Shown here piece by piece: positions 34,898 through 40,150 of a stretch of 40,150 nucleotides of DNA. Source of the DNA: an uncultured Ruminococcus sp. (GTDB lineage Bacteria; Bacillota; Clostridia; Oscillospirales; Ruminococcaceae); the NCBI GenBank assembly GCA_964430965.1, contig CAYSHU010000001.1, forward strand, positions 1 through 40,150. Direction: 5' to 3'. Position 1 is the stretch's first letter, and each line of letters opens with the position of its first letter. The position numbers and the translations under genes were made by a program. The notes under the pieces were generated by a model. That model saw only the letters and a list, made by a program, of their open reading frames with translations, was not told the DNA's origin and made no database searches.

Positions 34898-36421
34898 ATG
34901 GCAGACGAAATTAAGAATACAGAAGAGGTTGAGCTTACCGAAGAGGAAATAAGAGCTCAAATGGACGAACAGCACCGCGTTCGCCTTGAAAAGCTCGACG
35001 CCTTGAAGGCGGCGGGCAAGGATCCTTATACGATAACAAAGTTCCCTGTAAGCATTTACAACAGCGAGATACGCTCGCGCTTTGACGAGCTCGAGAACCA
35101 AGATGTGACAATCGCGGGCAGAATTATGTCCCGCAGAATTATGGGCAAGGCGAGCTTTTTCGACGTTCGCGACAGCTCCGACAGAATGCAGGTTTACGTG
35201 CGCATTGACGGCGTTGGCGAGGACAAGTTCGCGGAATTCAAGAAGTGGGATTTGGGCGACATTGTGGGCGTTGTGGGCTACGTGTTCAAAACCAAGACGG
35301 GCGAGATCTCAGTCCACGCGAAGGAGATAACGCTGCTTTCAAAGTCGCTGCTGCCGCTCCCCGAAAAGTGGCACGGGCTTAAGGATAAGGAGGAGCGCTA
35401 TCGCAAGCGCTATCTTGACCTTATCGCGAACCCCGAGGTAAAGGACGTGTTCGTAAAGCGCTCGAAGATCATCAGCGAGATACGAAAGTTCCTGGACGGT
35501 CACGGTTATGTCGAGGTTGACACGCCCGTGCTTTTGCCTCTTGAAATCGGCGCGGCGGCAAGACCCTTCAAGACGCACCACAACGCGCTTGATATAGATA
35601 TGTATCTGAGAATAGAAACCGAGCTGTACTTAAAGCGCCTCATTGTCGGCGGCTTTGACAAGGTTTACGAGGTCGGGAGAATTTTCCGCAACGAGGGAAT
35701 GGATGCGACGCACAACCCCGAGTTCACCTCGATTGAAATGTACCAGGCGTATATTGATTATTTCGGAATGATGGACTTGATCGAGGAGCTTTACAGAACC
35801 GTAACGCTGAACGTCTGCGGCACGGACACGGTGGAGTTCGCGGGAAAGCAGATTGCTGTCGGCAAGCCGTGGGAGCGCCTCACGATGATAGAAGCCGTAA
35901 AGAAGTACGCGGGCGTGGATTACAACGACTGGGCGACCGACGAGGACGCTCGCCGCGTCGCAAAGGAAAAGGGCGTGGAGGACGGCGTGGACGCTAATTC
36001 CACAAAGGGACACGTTCTCATAGCGTTTTTTGACGCGTTTGTTGAGGACAAGCTCATTCAGCCGACGATCATCTACGATTACCCCGTGGAGAACTCTCCG
36101 CTCGCGAAGCGCAAGCCCGAGTTTCCCGCGTTTACAGAGCGCTTCGAGTATTTCATCAACGGCACGGAGTTCGGCAACGCGTTCTCCGAGCTCAACGACC
36201 CGATAGACCAGCGGGAGCGCTTCGTAAAGCAGGTCGAGGCAAAGCGCGCGCAAGGCGGCAACGACGCGCAGGTCGACGAGGATTTTGTGACCGCGCTTGA
36301 ATACGGACTTCCCCCGACGGGCGGCTTGGGCTTTGGTTTGGACAGACTTGTTATGCTTCTGACAAACCAGCCGAGTATCCGGGACGTGCTTTTGTTCCCG
36401 ACTATGAAACCGAATTTCTAA
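34898..36421 (+). CDS. lysS: Lysine-tRNA ligase (class II)
   Basis: RYRKRYLDLI, FRNEG...HNPEFT, ELNDP, YGLPPTGGLGFGLDRL. Confidence 0.97.
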   Translation: MADEIKNTEEVELTEEEIRAQMDEQHRVRLEKLDALKAAGKDPYTITKFPVSIYNSEIRSRFDELENQDVTIAGRIMSRRIMGKASFFDVRDSSDRMQVYVRIDGVGEDKFAEFKKWDLGDIVGVVGYVFKTKTGEISVHAKEITLLSKSLLPLPEKWHGLKDKEERYRKRYLDLIANPEVKDVFVKRSKIISEIRKFLDGHGYVEVDTPVLLPLEIGAAARPFKTHHNALDIDMYLRIETELYLKRLIVGGFDKVYEVGRIFRNEGMDATHNPEFTSIEMYQAYIDYFGMMDLIEELYRTVTLNVCGTDTVEFAGKQIAVGKPWERLTMIEAVKKYAGVDYNDWATDEDARRVAKEKGVEDGVDANSTKGHVLIAFFDAFVEDKLIQPTIIYDYPVENSPLAKRKPEFPAFTERFEYFINGTEFGNAFSELNDPIDQRERFVKQVEAKRAQGGNDAQVDEDFVTALEYGLPPTGGLGFGLDRLVMLLTNQPSIRDVLLFPTMKPNF

Positions 36422-36432
36422 GAACAGTATTA

Positions 36433-36467
36433 TTGTTGTTTCCCCGTTTCCGACGGGGAAATAACAA
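36433..36467. repeat. REP-like palindrome, copy F (diverged)
   Basis: TTGTTGTTTCCCCGTT-TCC-GACGGGGAAATAACAA. Confidence 0.7.
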
Positions 36468-36485
36468 ATTGACGAAAGGAATAAA

Positions 36486-37028
36486 ATGGGAAAAGCATCA
36501 AACGCTCCAACTCTTGACGAGATACTTGAGTATCGAAAAGCATTCAGGGAAAGTCTCGGAAAGGGCGTTCCGAACGACGGCTCAACGCAAACCGTTATGA
36601 TAATGGAAATGACCGTGCGGATATTCTCGGTGCAAATGAGCGATGACGTTCGTGAAACGGCGTGGAAATACTGCAAACAGCTAAGCAAATTTACGCACGC
36701 ACCGGTATCTCCCGCCGAGTACAAGCGTATGGAGAAATGGGCCGACGAACACGGGCTTATCGACGTGCTTTTACAGGCGTGTGACGGATATTATCAGGAA
36801 GAGAAAAATCCGCTCGAATTTGATGTGGTGGGATTTTACTACTCGATAGCGCTTTTGTCGCAGTCGCAGTACCGCCGCGCGGATTGTCTTGCGCTTCTTG
36901 ACAAGATAACGCAGTATTATGTCAAGACGAAAATTGATAAGTATAATGTGCTGCTGCGGAATATGACGAAGCTCGTCAAGGATTTCCCCGACCTCGCGCC
37001 CTTTAAAACGGCGCTTGAAAGTATATGA
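36486..37028 (+). CDS. Hypothetical protein
   Basis: 180-aa ORF with GAAAGGA RBS, co-directional with lysS; no family recognised. Confidence 0.7.
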   Translation: MGKASNAPTLDEILEYRKAFRESLGKGVPNDGSTQTVMIMEMTVRIFSVQMSDDVRETAWKYCKQLSKFTHAPVSPAEYKRMEKWADEHGLIDVLLQACDGYYQEEKNPLEFDVVGFYYSIALLSQSQYRRADCLALLDKITQYYVKTKIDKYNVLLRNMTKLVKDFPDLAPFKTALESI

Positions 37029-37047
37029 CATTATCGGAGTTGATTTT

Positions 37048-37854
37048 ATGGCAAAAGAAAAACGCGAAACCCCCGAAGAGCGTGCCGCCCGCGACCGCGA
37101 GGAGCGCGTCGCGCTTTTAAAAATGAAGCAGGGCATTATCGAGGAGAGCGAGATCATTCCCGAAACAGGCTACGCGCCGCCGCCAAAGGAAAACGCTTGG
37201 CAGCGGCTTTCGAGCTTTGTTTACCGCAACAAGATTTTCGTCGTGCTCGGCGTGCTGTTTGCGGCGATCGCGGTGCTGATTATCTATCAGTTCGCGACGC
37301 GCCAAAAAGAGGATTTGCACGTGCTCCTCGTCGCCTACGACCCGAGCTCTATGATGATGATGTACTCGGAGGACATCGCCGCGGCGCTGGAGCAATATTG
37401 CCCCGATTTTGACGGCAACGGCAAGGTTCACGTTACGGTGAATTTTATCGACAGAAGCCAGCGGGACGGCGGCTCGCAATACGACGACACCCAGCGCCAG
37501 CGCCTTAACGCCGAGCTCGAATACGGCTCGGCGCAGCTTATCATCACGGACGAGGGCTTTGTTGAGCGCGTGAGCTTTGACGAAAACACGACCGACGACG
37601 AGGCAATGCGCGCGTATTTTAAAGAGCAGACCGACAAATTTTCCGAAGAGGAGCTCTTCTGCGGCGTGGGAATCCGCGCGAACAAAACCGCGCTTACGAA
37701 ACAAATCGGCTGGGCGGACTGCCCGGACAATGTGATAATCGCAATTCGCGCCGAAGCCGACCGCAACGCCAACAATGACGAGGAAAACGCGATTTATCGC
37801 GAGAGAGCGGAAATTGTTCTTGACAATCTTCTAAAGGGGAAGAAAGCAAGCTAA
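37048..37854 (+). CDS. Hypothetical single-pass membrane protein with DxDxNG motif
   Basis: GGAG RBS before ATG 37048; one TM helix; CPDFDGNGKVHV. Confidence 0.75.
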   Translation: MAKEKRETPEERAARDREERVALLKMKQGIIEESEIIPETGYAPPPKENAWQRLSSFVYRNKIFVVLGVLFAAIAVLIIYQFATRQKEDLHVLLVAYDPSSMMMMYSEDIAAALEQYCPDFDGNGKVHVTVNFIDRSQRDGGSQYDDTQRQRLNAELEYGSAQLIITDEGFVERVSFDENTTDDEAMRAYFKEQTDKFSEEELFCGVGIRANKTALTKQIGWADCPDNVIIAIRAEADRNANNDEENAIYRERAEIVLDNLLKGKKAS

Positions 37855-37933
37855 GGCTTGTGAGTTGCCTTGTTATTCCCCGCGGCAATATCGGACGGGA
37901 AAACCTCGTCGGGCTTGGGAGCCTCGCGGCGCA

Positions 37934-38392
37934 TCATAGATACTTCCTCAGATGCTCGCAGAACTCGCGCTCGCGGTTGAGGAGCTTTTCGGCGGACGCG
38001 CGTATCTCGGGCTCGGCGCGGCGCGAGCGGTTCAGCGTGCGCTGCATATCGATAACGCCGTTGTTCGTGCCCTTGAACATGATCTCCGCAAGCGAGCTTG
38101 TGTCGTGTTTCTTCGCGGTTTTCATCGCGATGCCCGTTTTCACCATTGCCCGGAGCCCGAGCGGCGCCTCGTAAGCGTGCGCTCCAAGCCGCGCGAGCTC
38201 TCGCCGAGCGCGGGAAGCGACGGTTTTATAGCGCTCGCGCTCCTTTTCAAGCTCGCCGTAAAGCTCGCGGCTGCGGCACCTTGTCAAAACCTCGTCGGTG
38301 GATTTATACGCCATTCGCGCGTTGCGGTAAACGCTCTCGAGAATAGCCGTAGTCTGGCGTTCTCCAAGCCCCGAATATTCCGTATTTTGCAT
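37934..38392 (-). CDS. Hypothetical ferritin-like four-helix protein (possibly sporulation-related)
   Basis: NARMA, SSLAEIMFKGTNNGVID and helical pattern; AGGGGG RBS. Confidence 0.6.
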   Translation of the reverse strand: MQNTEYSGLGERQTTAILESVYRNARMAYKSTDEVLTRCRSRELYGELEKERERYKTVASRARRELARLGAHAYEAPLGLRAMVKTGIAMKTAKKHDTSSLAEIMFKGTNNGVIDMQRTLNRSRRAEPEIRASAEKLLNREREFCEHLRKYL

Positions 38393-38477
38393 TTTAATAC
38401 CCCCTAAAATATACTAGCAATATTATCCGCAGGATAATTCCCATTATTACTTCCAAATTATGACAAGAGGATTTACT

Positions 38478-39604
38478 ATGAAGATTATCAAAGCACTCTC
38501 CCTAATTTTAGCACTGACCCTAATCCTCACCGCATGCAGCGAGAACAACGGCTACTCAAGCGAGGTCAGCGAGGTTACCGCGAAAGCACGCAGATCACGC
38601 AGTCAACGACCGAAAGCACAAGCTCCTCAATTCCCGAGGAAATAAGCGAGCCCGAAATTGAGAAATTCCCCGTGGTTATCTACCCGAACATGACCGTCAA
38701 AACCGACGGCGAGCTTGCCGAAATAGCAGCGGTGCTTGGGGAGTTCGGCAGATTTTACGGTACTTATCTCTCAATGGAGTTGTATCAGAATTATCTTTTC
38801 GAGAAGAACGCCGAGCGGGTCGCGGACGAGAACAATGAAGGCGAATACTACACTAAGGTTTCGAAATGCGGCATTCTGACTTACTCCGCGATGACCGAGA
38901 AGCTCAATTCCCTCTTCACCGAAAACTGCCTTGAAGAAACCTCGGAGCATATCCGCGAGTGGTTCCGCGCGGGCGAGAACGACGAGCTTCTTCTGCGGAG
39001 AATAGGCGCGGGCGGCTACCTCGGCGAGAGCTATCTTCGCATCGACAAGATCTCCCATCCCGATGACGCGACAATCACCGTTGATATTTCCGTGATCGGC
39101 GAGGCGGAGGAATGGGGCTACGCCGAGGACAGGGAAGATCCCGTCACCGTCACGCTGAAGCGCGAGAATGACGCTTTGAAAATAGACAAATTCGAAAGCG
39201 ACGGGCATAACCACTTCATTTCGTTTACGAAGAGATTTGTACAATATAAAAACGTCTTCTTTATGCTCGATAACCTTACGGAGTTCAGCGAAAACTACGA
39301 GCTCGAGCACGCCGACGACACCAACAAATATTACCGCCCGCTGAACGAAACAGAGGAAATGCTGAAGCTGTTGGAGGACAACGCCAAGCCGGGCGAAAAG
39401 CCCGCCGAGAGCTCCGCGCTGTATCTCGATTCGCTGGAGTACCCCGACGGGAACACGATCCTCCTCACGGTGAGAGTGAGCGGCACGGAGGAAAAAGCCT
39501 CCGCCAAGTTCACGAGAACGAAGGACGGCTTAAAGTTAATATCCAACGACAGCGCGATACGCGAATACTTTGGACAATACAAGGAAATAATCATATCGGA
39601 ATAA
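38478..39604 (+). pseudogene. Lipoprotein gene split by a 1-nt frameshift near 38580
   Basis: MKIIKALSLILALTLILTA|C lipobox in one frame; Ser/Thr/Glu-rich linker and body continue in the -1 frame to 39604. Confidence 0.75.
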
Positions 39605-39607
39605 TAT

Positions 39608-39641
39608 ACAAATCGCCGCCGAGTTTGGCGGCGATTTTTGT
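39608..39641 (+). terminator. Intrinsic terminator
   Basis: AAATCGCCGCC-GAGTTT-GGCGGCGATTT followed by TTGT. Confidence 0.8.
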
Positions 39642-39652
39642 GGAATTTACAC

Positions 39653-39680
39653 TTGACTTTTTTCTCAATCGTGGTATAAT
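39653..39680 (+). promoter_or_regulatory. Sigma-A promoter of htpG
   Basis: TTGACT-N16-TATAAT with extended TG. Confidence 0.75.
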
Positions 39681-39691
39681 ATATATAGAGA

Positions 39692-39718
39692 TTAGCACTC
39701 TCTCTTGTAGAGTGCTAA
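39692..39718 (+). promoter_or_regulatory. CIRCE element (HrcA operator)
   Basis: Perfect TTAGCACTC-N9-GAGTGCTAA. Confidence 0.97.
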
Positions 39719-39737
39719 AGCCCAAGGAGCTTTCCCT

Positions 39738-39772
39738 GTGTGCTTTCCCCCGCTCCGCGGGGGAAAGCACAC
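39738..39772. repeat. REP-like palindrome, copy G, in the htpG 5' UTR
   Basis: GTGTGCTTTCCCCCGC-TCC-GCGGGGGAAAGCACAC. Confidence 0.78.
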
Positions 39773-39798
39773 TAATAAAAGAAAAGGAGCAACCCATT

Positions 39799-40150
39799 AT
39801 GAGTGAAACAAAAGAATTCAAAGCCGAAAGCAAGCGGCTGTTAGAGCTGATGATAAACAGCATTTACACCCACAAGGAGATTTTCCTGCGCGAGCTTATC
39901 TCCAACGCGTCGGACGCTATGGACAAGCTGTACTTCAAGACGCTCTCGGGCGAGGGCGAGGCGATTTCGCGTTCGGAAATGCAAATCAAGATCGAGGCGG
40001 ACAAGGGCGACCGCAGGCTTGTCATCTCGGACAACGGTATTGGAATGACCAAAGAGGAGCTTGAAAACAACCTCGGCACTATCGCGCAGAGCGGCTCTTT
40101 CGCGTTCAAGAACGAGAACGAAAAGTCCGAGGACGTTGACATCATCGGGC
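39799..40150 (+). CDS. htpG: Molecular chaperone HtpG (Hsp90), 5' part, runs off the window
   Basis: [52 protein letters not shown]; AAGGAG RBS. Confidence 0.96.
   Translation, partial: MSETKEFKAESKRLLELMINSIYTHKEIFLRELISNASDAMDKLYFKTLSGEGEAISRSEMQIKIEADKGDRRLVISDNGIGMTKEELENNLGTIAQSGSFAFKNENEKSEDVDIIG

Noticed and set aside
38560-38600. Programmed -1 ribosomal frameshift in the lipoprotein gene
   Set aside because: No canonical slippery heptamer in the correct frame and no clear stimulatory structure

Overview
A chromosomal window of a moderately GC-rich, probably motile and possibly spore-forming clostridial (Bacillota) bacterium; an Oscillospiraceae/Ruminococcaceae-like host is inferred from gene content, sigma-A promoters and a CIRCE element. 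The backbone is housekeeping: rny, nth, tatD, metG, a CdaR-like regulator, ftsE-ftsX-ctpA-greA-lysS, and the 5' end of a CIRCE-controlled htpG. Accessory genes include a MarR-MATE pair, a GT4 glycosyltransferase, a degenerate EAL-HDOD protein, a FkbM methyltransferase, AraC-DUF2000, two MBL hydrolases, TauE and DUF5131. The most notable items are: (1) a compact type II PKS/FAS-like cluster (PlsC-type acyltransferase, ACP, fused active KS + inactive CLF-like domain, KR, DH, PPTase, Fe-S flavoprotein) with no recognisable enoyl reductase, which suggests a polyene-acylated lipid; (2) a ~450-nt structured leader in front of rny; (3) a soluble [FeFe]-hydrogenase-chemoreceptor fusion; (4) several dispersed non-coding repeat families (triloop REP-like palindromes, heptamer arrays, a three-way-junction element, a MITE-like element, a 19-bp tandem array); (5) an in-frame palindromic insertion bounded by a 13-bp direct repeat in araC; and (6) two genes split by single-base frameshifts. 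No CRISPR array, rRNA, tRNA or transposase was recognised. All calls come from reading the sequence by eye, with no database searches.
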